Positions 30,113 through 37,877 of a stretch of 64,000 bases of DNA are shown one piece after another; the stretch's first letter is position 1, and each line of letters opens with the position of its first letter. Source of the stretch: an uncultured Ardenticatenaceae bacterium (GTDB lineage: Bacteria > Chloroflexota > Anaerolineae > Promineifilales > Promineifilaceae); the NCBI GenBank assembly GCA_964581605.1, contig CAZOPF010000001.1, positions 45,786 through 109,785 on the forward strand, in the 5' to 3' direction. Under the pieces are notes generated by a model. That model was not told where the DNA came from. It made no database searches and worked only from the letters and a program-made list of their open reading frames with translations. Made by a program: the position numbers and the translations under genes.

Positions 30113-31284
30113 TCATTTGTGGCAATAATAACTGACGGTTCCCCCTGAATGTGAGTCAAAAACAAAATACGATGATTCTCTTTTGAGCCAGTGAGCCGTA
30201 GCTGCCGTTGTAATTGTTCCGGTTCAATGGGTGAACCGCGCTTTTTAATAGTCACTTGCCCAATCTGGTTTTCGTGCAAATAGCGGCGGAGTTGTTTGAG
30301 TTGAAACGGCCGTACCCCCTCTACCACATACTTCCTGGCAAATGGCGTCTCCTGGGGAATATGGCTAGTCAGATAGGCGATCTCTGCATCAATCTTACTC
30401 GCCTCCAACTGTATGGCTAATGCTTCCACCAGATGCGCCCGAATGATGGCCCGGTCTGGTTCGTATAAATAAGTTCTGACGGCCGTGACTGGAACAGGTG
30501 TTGTCGGTAAATCAGCATCCGTTAGAAAATAACCTTCAGGCAGCAATGTGGCCCGCCTATTGGCGCCGCTGCGCAAATCCCCCATCCACAATATACACTC
30601 CTTCATTTCACCTTCCAGGGAAATAAATTCCGCTTCGGCCGTTGGTGGTATTTCGGCGTAGTTTATGGCCGGGCTGACTTTCACGGCCGTGTGCTGTACC
30701 CATCGTTCCACCAGATTGAGCGGCGGTTGATATTGCTGCACGGAATGAAAGCGACGGCCGTGTTCGTCTCGCCGCGCCGGATCAAAAAAGAGAGCCTCCA
30801 CCGGCAGCGGGGTCAGCTCGAGCAGGTCAGCCTGCAAGGGATGGAACTGCCCCCCATGCCCATACGCCCGCACATTTTCCTGGGCCATGGCCAGCCGCAC
30901 CACATCCCACTCCACCCCCGTCACGTGCGCATGGGCGGCCAACGCCAGCGCATCCCCGCCAATGCCGCACCCCAAATCAGCCACCTCGCGGAAACCGGCG
31001 GCCGCAAACCGTTCTGCCCGGTAATGGGAAATTGTCTCGGCCGATGCCTGTTCTAAAGCGGGGCGGGTGAAAAACATCCGGTCGGCGCGGCTGAATTTGG
31101 CGGCCGCCTGCTGGCGCAAAATGACCGTTTCCAGTACAGCCTGGGCTTTTTCGGGCGGCAATTGTTGGCGCAACTGAGCGGCAATTTGCAGGTGATTATG
31201 GGGCGTGATGGGGGTGGCGGCCGATTCTTTTAGCCAGCGTTCCCCCTCTGGTGAAAGTAAAAATTGTAAGTCATCTAAGGTCAT
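30097..31284 (-). CDS. Class I SAM-dependent methyltransferase, probably an RNA-type MTase with a THUMP-like C-terminal region
   Basis: 395-aa ORF from ATG 31284. SAM-binding motif I VADLGCGIGGDALALA. Motif IV-like LFFDPARRD. No DPPY/NPPY DNA-MTase motif seen. The family assignment beyond class I MTase is from recall. Confidence 0.75.
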   Translation of the reverse strand: MTLDDLQFLLSPEGERWLKESAATPITPHNHLQIAAQLRQQLPPEKAQAVLETVILRQQAAAKFSRADRMFFTRPALEQASAETISHYRAERFAAAGFREVADLGCGIGGDALALAAHAHVTGVEWDVVRLAMAQENVRAYGHGGQFHPLQADLLELTPLPVEALFFDPARRDEHGRRFHSVQQYQPPLNLVERWVQHTAVKVSPAINYAEIPPTAEAEFISLEGEMKECILWMGDLRSGANRRATLLPEGYFLTDADLPTTPVPVTAVRTYLYEPDRAIIRAHLVEALAIQLEASKIDAEIAYLTSHIPQETPFARKYVVEGVRPFQLKQLRRYLHENQIGQVTIKKRGSPIEPEQLQRQLRLTGSKENHRILFLTHIQGEPSVIIATNEEPGF

Positions 31285-31297
31285 GGGTGGGGGGCAA

Positions 31298-31362
31298 CGG
31301 ATGGGAAGCGGATGAGCGGACTGGCGTGCAGTTATCCGTTTATCTGCTCTTTCATCCTCTGC
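31298..31362. repeat. Word-repeat element (GCGGATG / TTATCCG words) in the nuclease-methyltransferase spacer
   Basis: CGGATGGGAAGCGGATGAGCGGA ... TTATCCGTTTATCTGCTCTTTCATCC. The two sides are imperfectly complementary and use the same word family as 33507-33580. Confidence 0.5.
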
Positions 31363-31367
31363 ACTAC

Positions 31368-32213
31368 TTATGGCAGCGCTGGTTCCAGCGGTATGGAGAA
31401 CAGGTCATCCGGTTCGTCGTCAGGAATGGGCACGGCCGTCACGAGCCCCATGTTCGTGCCCATCTCTTGCCGCCCACACAACGCCTGATAGGCACAAACC
31501 CGGCACTGCGCCCGCTCTTCCGTCAGCGGCCAGACGCCACCGGCACTTTGCTGCGCCTCAATCTGGGCCACAATTGCCCTGATCTCTGTCCAGTTTCGCT
31601 CGTGCCATGCCGGGCTGTAAACAAACGTGTGCGGTTTGTCGGGCGCTGCCACGTACCAGTAGGTGAGGCTGATCTGCTCTGGCAGCAGGGGCGCCTGCCC
31701 CTCGCCCCACAACGCCTGCCCACCTTCGGCCAGCATGGCCAGATAGAGCCGGGTTTGCCAGTCATGGCGCAGCATCGTTTCGTCCGGCGGCCGCCCCGTT
31801 TTCCAGTCATACAGATGGGCAAAGGCACGGCCGTCTGATTCCCCAATGATGAGCAGGTCAAAACGGCCATGTAACAAATGCTGACCAATCGGAATGGTAA
31901 GGGTGAGTTCGGGCAAGGTACGGACATGGGGCCTGTGACGGCCGTGCGGCAAGGTCGGCAAAAATCGGGCAAACGTCAGCCACCACCCCCGCAGTGTCCG
32001 GTCGGCAATCGTCGCCGGTTCAATCGTTAGCCCCAGAAAATGGCGCTGCACCAGTTGATGAAACTGCTGCCCCAGCCCCAGCCGCTCCTCATCGGCCACA
32101 GCCAGCGGTGCGGCCGGCCAGGCCGCCTCTTCCAGATACCGCAATTGAAAACGGCGGCGACATTCCAAAAAGGTAGTCAGTTTGCCCCGGCTGAGGAGGA
32201 GAGCGTCGTTCAT
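31368..32213 (-). CDS. Cas4-like PD-(D/E)XK nuclease with a four-Cys (Fe-S type) signature
   Basis: The track ORF (to 32300) reads through a heptamer repeat, so I take ATG 32213 (MNDALLLSRG). Nuclease motifs GRFDLLII and HLYDWKTG (D..D-x-K). QxxxY-like WQTRLYLAML. N-terminal Cys in FLECRRRF plus C-terminal CRVCAYQALC gives C...C-x2-C-x5-C, as in Cas4/AddB. Confidence 0.8.
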   Translation of the reverse strand: MNDALLLSRGKLTTFLECRRRFQLRYLEEAAWPAAPLAVADEERLGLGQQFHQLVQRHFLGLTIEPATIADRTLRGWWLTFARFLPTLPHGRHRPHVRTLPELTLTIPIGQHLLHGRFDLLIIGESDGRAFAHLYDWKTGRPPDETMLRHDWQTRLYLAMLAEGGQALWGEGQAPLLPEQISLTYWYVAAPDKPHTFVYSPAWHERNWTEIRAIVAQIEAQQSAGGVWPLTEERAQCRVCAYQALCGRQEMGTNMGLVTAVPIPDDEPDDLFSIPLEPALP

Positions 32214-32217
32214 GGTG

Positions 32218-32266
32218 GTAAGCAGTGAACAGTAAGCAGTGAACAGTAAGCAGTAAGCAGTGAACG
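32218..32266. repeat. Tandem heptamer array, (GTRARCA)x7
   Basis: GTAAGCA GTGAACA GTAAGCA GTGAACA GTAAGCA GTAAGCA GTGAAC, starting 5 nt upstream of the nuclease start codon on the - strand. The same word family as 57246-57325. One orientation only, so no hairpin. Confidence 0.85.
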
Positions 32267-32333
32267 TTCCCAAGGCACTGAAGCGCGTTTCCCATAACAA
32301 CCTGGGATGCCATCTCCAGGGACCTGGCGGATT

Positions 32334-33203
32334 CTATTCCAGCAACTTTCTCTCTACAGAGGTATACAACTCCTCAAATTCTGATGCCCGGTGCATATCG
32401 GCCGTCAGCGTATTCATGTTCTGCAAAATATCCATCAACCCAGCAATCGTATTTCGCACCCGCGTATACAGGTCAATATCGTCCCGAATCCCCTGCAAAT
32501 TCGCTTGCGAATCAATACTTTTCATCGCTTCGTTCAACTGCTTGATTTTCTCGTCCCAATACTTGATATATTCAATGCGATCCAGCGAGTCATAAATTTT
32601 GGCATCTGGCAGCACCACCGGGAAGATACGGCCGTAAAAATCATTGTGGCTGGCAATCTCCACCAGTTCAAACATGCAGTTCTTGGAGCGCAAATACTTG
32701 TCACTAATCACCGCCACAATCGCCTGCCCGGCTCCGATCTCCTGCATAAACTCCCGGATCAACCCCTTGAACCCCAAATCCCGCTTATCCCGTATCAGCG
32801 TAATGCCTCGCTCCTGAAATGCCTGGTCAATCTGATTCACGATATTCTCGCTGTCGCCGCCCCAGGCATAAGAGACAAACACCTTCTTCTCCCGCATGGG
32901 GGGAGGCGTGGGGGGTAGACCGGGCAGCGGTGGTTTGCCGGGGCCAGGCGGCAGATTGGGTTTGAAGCCATAGGGGGTCAAATCCAGGTGGGGGCGGAGG
33001 GTGGCAACGGCCGTCAGCAATTGCTGCTCCTGCCCCCGTCGTTTGGCGTATCCCTGTAAATCCTGCGCCATCCGGCTCACATTACCCGCCTGCGTAAACA
33101 CCTCACCCCCATCATACCCCAATTCCAGGCATAATTCTTCCAATTCTGTGGCGCTGAAACTGCCCCGGAGTTCCTTAAAAAACAAATTGTAATTGTCTGC
33201 CAT
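32334..33203 (-). CDS. TIR-domain protein with an N-terminal helical adaptor-like domain, a proline-rich linker and a C-terminal helical extension
   Basis: The start is taken at ATG 33203 (MADNYN), with AGGAGG 10 nt upstream. TIR core KKVFVSYAWGGDSE...AIVAVISDKYLRSKNCMFELVEI fits the Y..S.(W)C..EL pattern that contains the catalytic Glu of NADase TIRs. N-terminus FSATELEELCLELGYDGGEVF...AKRRGQEQQLLTAVATLRP. Linker KPNLPPGPGKPPLPGLPPTPPP. Confidence 0.8.
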   Translation of the reverse strand: MADNYNLFFKELRGSFSATELEELCLELGYDGGEVFTQAGNVSRMAQDLQGYAKRRGQEQQLLTAVATLRPHLDLTPYGFKPNLPPGPGKPPLPGLPPTPPPMREKKVFVSYAWGGDSENIVNQIDQAFQERGITLIRDKRDLGFKGLIREFMQEIGAGQAIVAVISDKYLRSKNCMFELVEIASHNDFYGRIFPVVLPDAKIYDSLDRIEYIKYWDEKIKQLNEAMKSIDSQANLQGIRDDIDLYTRVRNTIAGLMDILQNMNTLTADMHRASEFEELYTSVERKLLE

Positions 33204-33231
33204 GTGATGATTACCTCCTGAAAACTTATGG

Positions 33232-33250
33232 CGCGATTTGCCAAATCGCG
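33232..33250. promoter_or_regulatory. 19-bp perfect palindrome (operator-like) between the TIR promoter and its RBS
   Basis: CGCGATTTG-C-CAAATCGCG has 9-bp arms and a 1-nt centre, so an RNA hairpin is sterically unlikely. It lies just downstream of the predicted TSS of the TIR promoter. Confidence 0.4.
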
Positions 33251-33260
33251 TTACGCCGTC

Positions 33261-33288
33261 ACTATACAAACGAAACCCAGGTTGTCAA
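33261..33288 (-). promoter_or_regulatory. Near-consensus sigma70-type promoter for the TIR gene
   Basis: The minus strand reads TTGACA (33288-33283), a 16-nt spacer, then TATAGT (33266-33261). It lies about 60 nt upstream of ATG 33203. Confidence 0.5.
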
Positions 33289-33506
33289 GTAGGGGCAGGC
33301 AACCGGGCAACAAATCCGCCTGCGGTTGGGCCATAATCCCGGTCGCCTCGCCCCACGTTCGCAGAATTTACACCTTTTCCAACCGCCTCGCCCCTACGAT
33401 GGGTGATGGGTGGGGATATGACGGGGATGGAAAAATTTCAGTAGTTCGTCTTCACTCACCCGCCCTTGCAAGGAACGCAAAAGTTCTGTCGGATTCAGGT
33501 TTTTTA

Positions 33507-33580
33507 GGCAGCGGATAGGAACAAATAAGCGGATAGGTTTATGCGGTATTTATCCGCTTATCCGTTTATTATCCGCTGCC
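33507..33580. repeat. Long imperfect word-repeat hairpin (GCGGATA / TATCCGC words)
   Basis: GGCAGCGGATAGGAACAAATAAGCGGATAGG...TTTATCCGCTTATCCGTTTATTATCCGCTGCC. The outer 11 bp are perfectly complementary. It abuts the stop codon of the membrane-protein gene at 33581. Confidence 0.7.
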
Positions 33581-34063
33581 CTAATACGTCGGCGGGTTGG
33601 GGTTGTTGATGAACCAGAAGTAGTAAACCAGCAGCCCCAGGAATATGGTGAGCATATACAGGGCGTAGGACGTGCGCATGAACAGTTTATAGTTGTTGAA
33701 TTTGAGGGCGTTAATCATCAGCCCATTGGCCCGCAAGACCACAAAGACGCCCAACACAAAAGCAAAAAAGCCCACAATGCCGTGCAGGGTCGTCACCAGA
33801 TAAAACGGTTCACCCAGTAAATCTGGCACACCGGGAGCGACAAAATCCCGGTACGGTAAAATCATCAGCCAGAGAACGAGGATGACATTCAGGGCCACGG
33901 AAGCGGTCTGAATCCAGCGGTGGGTCTGGTATTTTTGTCGCCGGGCCATCACCACACCCACCGTCAGCGCCACGCCAATGAGGATCATCAATACCAACGT
34001 CATATCGGCCGCCCAGTTAGCAGCCGTGCCCAAAAAGCCGGGTTTGTGCATTAATTCAGTCAT
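33581..34063 (-). CDS. Small integral membrane protein (about 4 TM; possibly DUF420-like)
   Basis: The start is taken at ATG 34063 (MTELMHKPGF), because the track extension translates the word-repeat hairpin. Four hydrophobic helices and a basic loop ARRQKYQTHRW. The family name is uncertain. Confidence 0.6.
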   Translation of the reverse strand: MTELMHKPGFLGTAANWAADMTLVLMILIGVALTVGVVMARRQKYQTHRWIQTASVALNVILVLWLMILPYRDFVAPGVPDLLGEPFYLVTTLHGIVGFFAFVLGVFVVLRANGLMINALKFNNYKLFMRTSYALYMLTIFLGLLVYYFWFINNPNPPTY

Positions 34064-34076
34064 AATCTGTAATTGG

Positions 34077-34125
34077 GTAATTGAGTAATTGGGTAATTGC
34101 CTCAATTACCCAATTACTCAATTAC
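34077..34125. repeat. Perfect 23-bp word-repeat hairpin ((R)GTAATTG words)
   Basis: GTAATTGAGTAATTGGGTAATTG - CCT - CAATTACCCAATTACTCAATTAC. It lies between the ABC ATPase stop (34130) and the next start (34063). An extra word copy sits at 34069-34076. Confidence 0.9.
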
Positions 34126-34129
34126 TTCC

Positions 34130-34870
<741 letters not shown>

Positions 34871-34881
34871 GGTTGCCTCTA

Positions 34882-34915
34882 AAACCTGACAGGTCTTTGG
34901 AGACCTGTCAGGTTT
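34882..34915. repeat. Perfect 15-bp intercistronic hairpin (AGACCTGTCAGGTTT family)
   Basis: AAACCTGACAGGTCT - TTGG - AGACCTGTCAGGTTT. It lies between the permease stop (34917) and the ATPase start (34870). A near-identical arm recurs at 41169-41199. Confidence 0.9.
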
Positions 34916-34916
34916 G

Positions 34917-35711
34917 TTAACCTCTATCTTTGCCAATGCGTTGTTCGTACCAGCGCAGTAGCAGACTGAGGGCGATGGTCATAGATAAGTAGAGGAAGGT
35001 GAGTACCAGATAGGATTCGCGGAAGCGGAAAGTGCTGCCGGCGTGCAACCGGGCCAGTTGGGTGATGTCGCGCACGGCCAGGACGGAGACGAGAGAGGAG
35101 TCCTTGAGCATGGCGATGAAGTCATTGCCCAGAGCGGGGGAGATGTTGCGGATGGCCTGGGGCAGGATGATGTAACGCATGGATTGGGTGTAGGTCATGC
35201 CCAGGGAGCGGGCGGCTTCCATCTGCCCTTTGGAGATGGATTCAATGCCAGCGCGGAAGATTTCGGCCAGGAAGGCGCCGTAGATGACGGCGAGGGCGAT
35301 GATGGCGCGGGTGTTGGCACTGATGAAGCGGTTGTCTACGCCCAGAACGCCGGAAACAGGAGGGACGATGACGAAGGCGACGGTGAAGATGAGGACGAGG
35401 GTGGGCACGCCGCGAATGAATTCGACGTAGGTGATGGCGATGTTGCGCACGGCCGTGTTCCGGCTGATACGTCCTAACCCCGCCAATAATCCCAGCACCA
35501 GGGCGATGGCAAAAGCCGTAATTGTCGTATACAGTGTCACTTCAATACCGGGCACGATAAACTGGAAGGCTTCTCTATAGGCCGGATTACGAATAATCAG
35601 AATACCCATTAAGACTAGAAAGGTAAAAATTGCCACCAGCCACCAGGGAAATTCCCGCCAGCTATTTTGCCAGGTATTATCGGGGGTTGCTTGAATTTCG
35701 GGGCCTGTCAT
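34917..35711 (-). CDS. Polar amino-acid ABC transporter permease
   Basis: 264 aa with GGAGGAGAA directly upstream of ATG 35711. Multiple TM helices. EAA-type loop [22 protein letters not shown]. Confidence 0.93.
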   Translation of the reverse strand: MTGPEIQATPDNTWQNSWREFPWWLVAIFTFLVLMGILIIRNPAYREAFQFIVPGIEVTLYTTITAFAIALVLGLLAGLGRISRNTAVRNIAITYVEFIRGVPTLVLIFTVAFVIVPPVSGVLGVDNRFISANTRAIIALAVIYGAFLAEIFRAGIESISKGQMEAARSLGMTYTQSMRYIILPQAIRNISPALGNDFIAMLKDSSLVSVLAVRDITQLARLHAGSTFRFRESYLVLTFLYLSMTIALSLLLRWYEQRIGKDRG

Positions 35712-35984
35712 TTCTCCTCCTATGAACGGTTAAGGCAAGGCAGTTGGGTGAAAATAGTCTTGGTAATGTCTTTACTTTTTCGCCGTGACTACAGCTGATA
35801 AAGTATTGAACGGATTCCCCCCCTCTGGAAAATTATCCATCTATTTCTCCATCCGTTTTAGTCTTAAGGAAGTGGCGAAAACTTCGTGACACTAACCTGG
35901 TCTTTGCCAGACAACCAGGCTCCCAACTGCCTCGCCCCCTACAGATAACAGGTAATGCCTGGATGATAACGTAATTTTGCCGGG

Positions 35985-36018
35985 AAACAAAAAAGCGCCA
36001 GAGGATTTCCTCTGGCGC
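35985..36018 (-). terminator. Rho-independent terminator after the binding-protein gene
   Basis: The minus strand reads GCGCCAGAGG-AAAT-CCTCTGGCGC (10-bp stem, 35995-36018) followed by TTTTTTGTTTCCC. It lies about 70 nt downstream of the stop at 36086. Confidence 0.8.
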
Positions 36019-36085
36019 AAGGGAAATTCAGGCAGGAGAAGGCTAGACACCCGATTTTTTAGAGAAATCGGATGTCTCGTGTTTA

Positions 36086-37720
36086 CTAATCTTCCAAATC
36101 TTCGTAGGTGATGGTGAATTCGGGGCCAAAGAAGCGTTGGTTCATTTCGGCCAGGAAGCCGCTGTCAATCATGGCGCGTAGGGCCTGGTTCACCGGCCCT
36201 ACCAGTTCGCTGCCTTTGGGGAAGACAAAACCCAGCTGGTCGCTGGAGAGGGAGTCGCCAACCAGTTTCAGTACGTCGGCATTTTCACCCTGGTAGCCCA
36301 GCCCGGCCGTTTCGTCAATGATCACCGCGTCAATATCCCCGGCAATGAGCGCCTGCACTGCAAAGGGGAACTGCTCAAACGCCTGGATGCGCTCGGCGGG
36401 CAGATATTCCAGGGCCGTTTCATAATTGGTGGTACCGGTTTGGGTGCCCAGAACCAATTCGGGGTTGTCCACGATGTCCTGAATGCTGGTGATGCGCTCT
36501 TCGTCAATGCGCACCAGCAGCCGTTGTTCCACATTGATGTAACCATCGGAGAAGTCTACGATTTCAGCGCGTTCTTCGGTGATGGTGATGCCGTCGGCGG
36601 CGGCGTCATACTGTCCATCAGCGACGGCCTGAATCATGCCTTCCCAACTGGCTTCAGTGTAGAGGGGGATGCAGTTAAGCAAGCGGCAAATCTCGTTCCA
36701 CACTTCATAATCCCAGCCGGCCGCTTCACCGGTTGCGGGATCAATGTAGTTGAAGGGGAGATAGGCGTTTTCGACGGCGATGGTGACAGCACGGCCGTCC
36801 AAATCCGGCAATGCACCCTCTGTCTCTTCTTCCGGCGGGAACAGGTCGTCATAGGTAATGGTGAAGTCCGGGCCAAAGAAACGCTGGTTGACTTCTGTTA
36901 AAAAGCCATTATTTGCCATTTCGCCCAAGGCGGTATTCACAGGAGCTACCAGATCGCTACCTTTGGGGAAGATAAAGCCTAACTGATCGCTGGACATAGA
37001 GGGGCCAACCAGTTGCAGGGCGTCGGCGTTTTCGCCCTGGTAGCCGAGGCCGGAAATTTCGTCAATGATCACCGCGTCAATGTCCCCGGCAATGAGCGCC
37101 TGCACGGCAAAGGGGAACTGTTCAAACGCCTGGATGCGCTCTTCAGGCAGGTATTCGAGGGCGGTTTCGTAATTAGTGGTGCCGGTTTGCGTGCCCAAAA
37201 CGAGTTCGGCATTGTTCACGATGTCTTCAATGCTGCTGATGCGATCTTCGCCGACGCGAACCAGTAGACGCTGTTCAATGTTGATGTACCCGGCGGAGTA
37301 GTCCACGATTTCGGCACGCTCTTCGGTGATGGTGATGCCGTCGGCGGCGGCGTCATACTGCCCATCGGCAACGGCCTGGATCATGCCTTCCCAACCAGCT
37401 TCCACATAAATGGGGGTGCAGTTGATCAGGCGGCAGATTTCGTCCCACACTTCATAATCCCAACCGGCCGGTTCGCCCGTTTCGGGATCAATGTAGTTGA
37501 AAGGCAGGTAGGCGTTTTCCACGGCGATGGTCACTTCACGGCCGCCCAGGTCAGGCAGGGCGCTCGTTTCTTCGGTTGTGGTTTCTTCAGCAACCGTCTC
37601 CTCTGTGGTTGTTGTTTCTTCGGTGGTGTCGGCCGTATCTCCACCACCACTGCTGCAAGCGGCCAACAACCACCCCAGCAGAAGGGCCATTAACAGCAAA
37701 ATAAGGCGTTTTTGTTTCAT
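36086..37720 (-). CDS. Amino-acid ABC substrate-binding lipoprotein with two tandem SBP (family 3-like) domains
   Basis: The start is taken at ATG 37720 (MKQKRLILLLMALLLGWLLAAC), with AAGGAG 7 nt upstream and a lipobox LLAAC. A T/E-rich linker is followed by two ~245-aa repeats, both starting ALPDL(G/D)GR.VTIAVENAYLPFNYIDP.TGE.AGWDYEVW. Confidence 0.9.
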   Translation of the reverse strand: MKQKRLILLLMALLLGWLLAACSSGGGDTADTTEETTTTEETVAEETTTEETSALPDLGGREVTIAVENAYLPFNYIDPETGEPAGWDYEVWDEICRLINCTPIYVEAGWEGMIQAVADGQYDAAADGITITEERAEIVDYSAGYINIEQRLLVRVGEDRISSIEDIVNNAELVLGTQTGTTNYETALEYLPEERIQAFEQFPFAVQALIAGDIDAVIIDEISGLGYQGENADALQLVGPSMSSDQLGFIFPKGSDLVAPVNTALGEMANNGFLTEVNQRFFGPDFTITYDDLFPPEEETEGALPDLDGRAVTIAVENAYLPFNYIDPATGEAAGWDYEVWNEICRLLNCIPLYTEASWEGMIQAVADGQYDAAADGITITEERAEIVDFSDGYINVEQRLLVRIDEERITSIQDIVDNPELVLGTQTGTTNYETALEYLPAERIQAFEQFPFAVQALIAGDIDAVIIDETAGLGYQGENADVLKLVGDSLSSDQLGFVFPKGSELVGPVNQALRAMIDSGFLAEMNQRFFGPEFTITYEDLED

Positions 37721-37766
37721 CTCTCGTCTCCTTTGTGACAAACCTAAAGTTGTAAAACGAAGGCAA

Positions 37767-37795
37767 ATTATGGGCAGACCCTAAGGGTTTGTCAA
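37767..37795 (-). promoter_or_regulatory. Sigma70-type promoter for the binding-protein gene
   Basis: The minus strand reads TTGACA (37795-37790), a 17-nt spacer, then CATAAT (37772-37767). It lies about 45 nt upstream of ATG 37720. Confidence 0.5.
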
Positions 37796-37816
37796 ACCAT
37801 AAACCTTCGGCCTTCG

Positions 37817-37877
37817 GTAATTATGTAATTGGGTAATTGAAGTAGCCAATTACTCAATTACCCAATTACTCAATTAC
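37817..37877. repeat. Word-repeat hairpin ((R)GTAATTG family), 22 of 24 bp paired
   Basis: GTAATTATGTAATTGGGTAATTGA (37817-37840) pairs with TCAATTACCCAATTACTCAATTAC (37854-37877). The right arm includes the ribF stop codon and its last two codons. It is preceded by CCTTCGG x2. Confidence 0.85.

Noticed and set aside
30097-31284. The methyltransferase and the adjacent PD-(D/E)XK nuclease, considered as a restriction-modification pair, possibly linked to the ACGGCCGT motif.
   Set aside because: The MTase lacks DNA N6/N4 (D/N/S)PP(Y/F) and C5 (PCQ...ENV) motifs. It resembles RNA-type class I MTases with a THUMP-like region. The nuclease is Cas4/RecB-like rather than a type II REase. Over-representation of a site is also the opposite of what an active cognate restriction enzyme would produce. 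I kept this only as a low-probability alternative.
32218-32266. Short tandem repeats here and at 39711-39737, 34069-34125 and 57246-57325, considered as possible CRISPR arrays.
   Set aside because: The units are only 7-8 nt and directly adjacent with no unique spacers. There are no cas1/cas2 genes. The nearby Cas4-like gene is stand-alone. These are word repeats and hairpins, not CRISPR.
33228-33518. A 96-aa + strand ORF in the spacer upstream of the TIR gene.
   Set aside because: It has no RBS and no recognisable motifs. It overlaps the predicted minus-strand promoter and operator and part of a word-repeat hairpin, so it is most likely non-coding.
37736-37794. An inverted repeat TGACAAACC ... 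GGTTTGTCA upstream of the binding-protein gene, considered as another hairpin of the AGACC..GGTTT family.
   Set aside because: One arm contains the -35 hexamer (TTGACA) of the predicted promoter and so lies upstream of the TSS. The two arms would not be on the same transcript. It is better explained as a promoter plus a chance or operator-like repeat.
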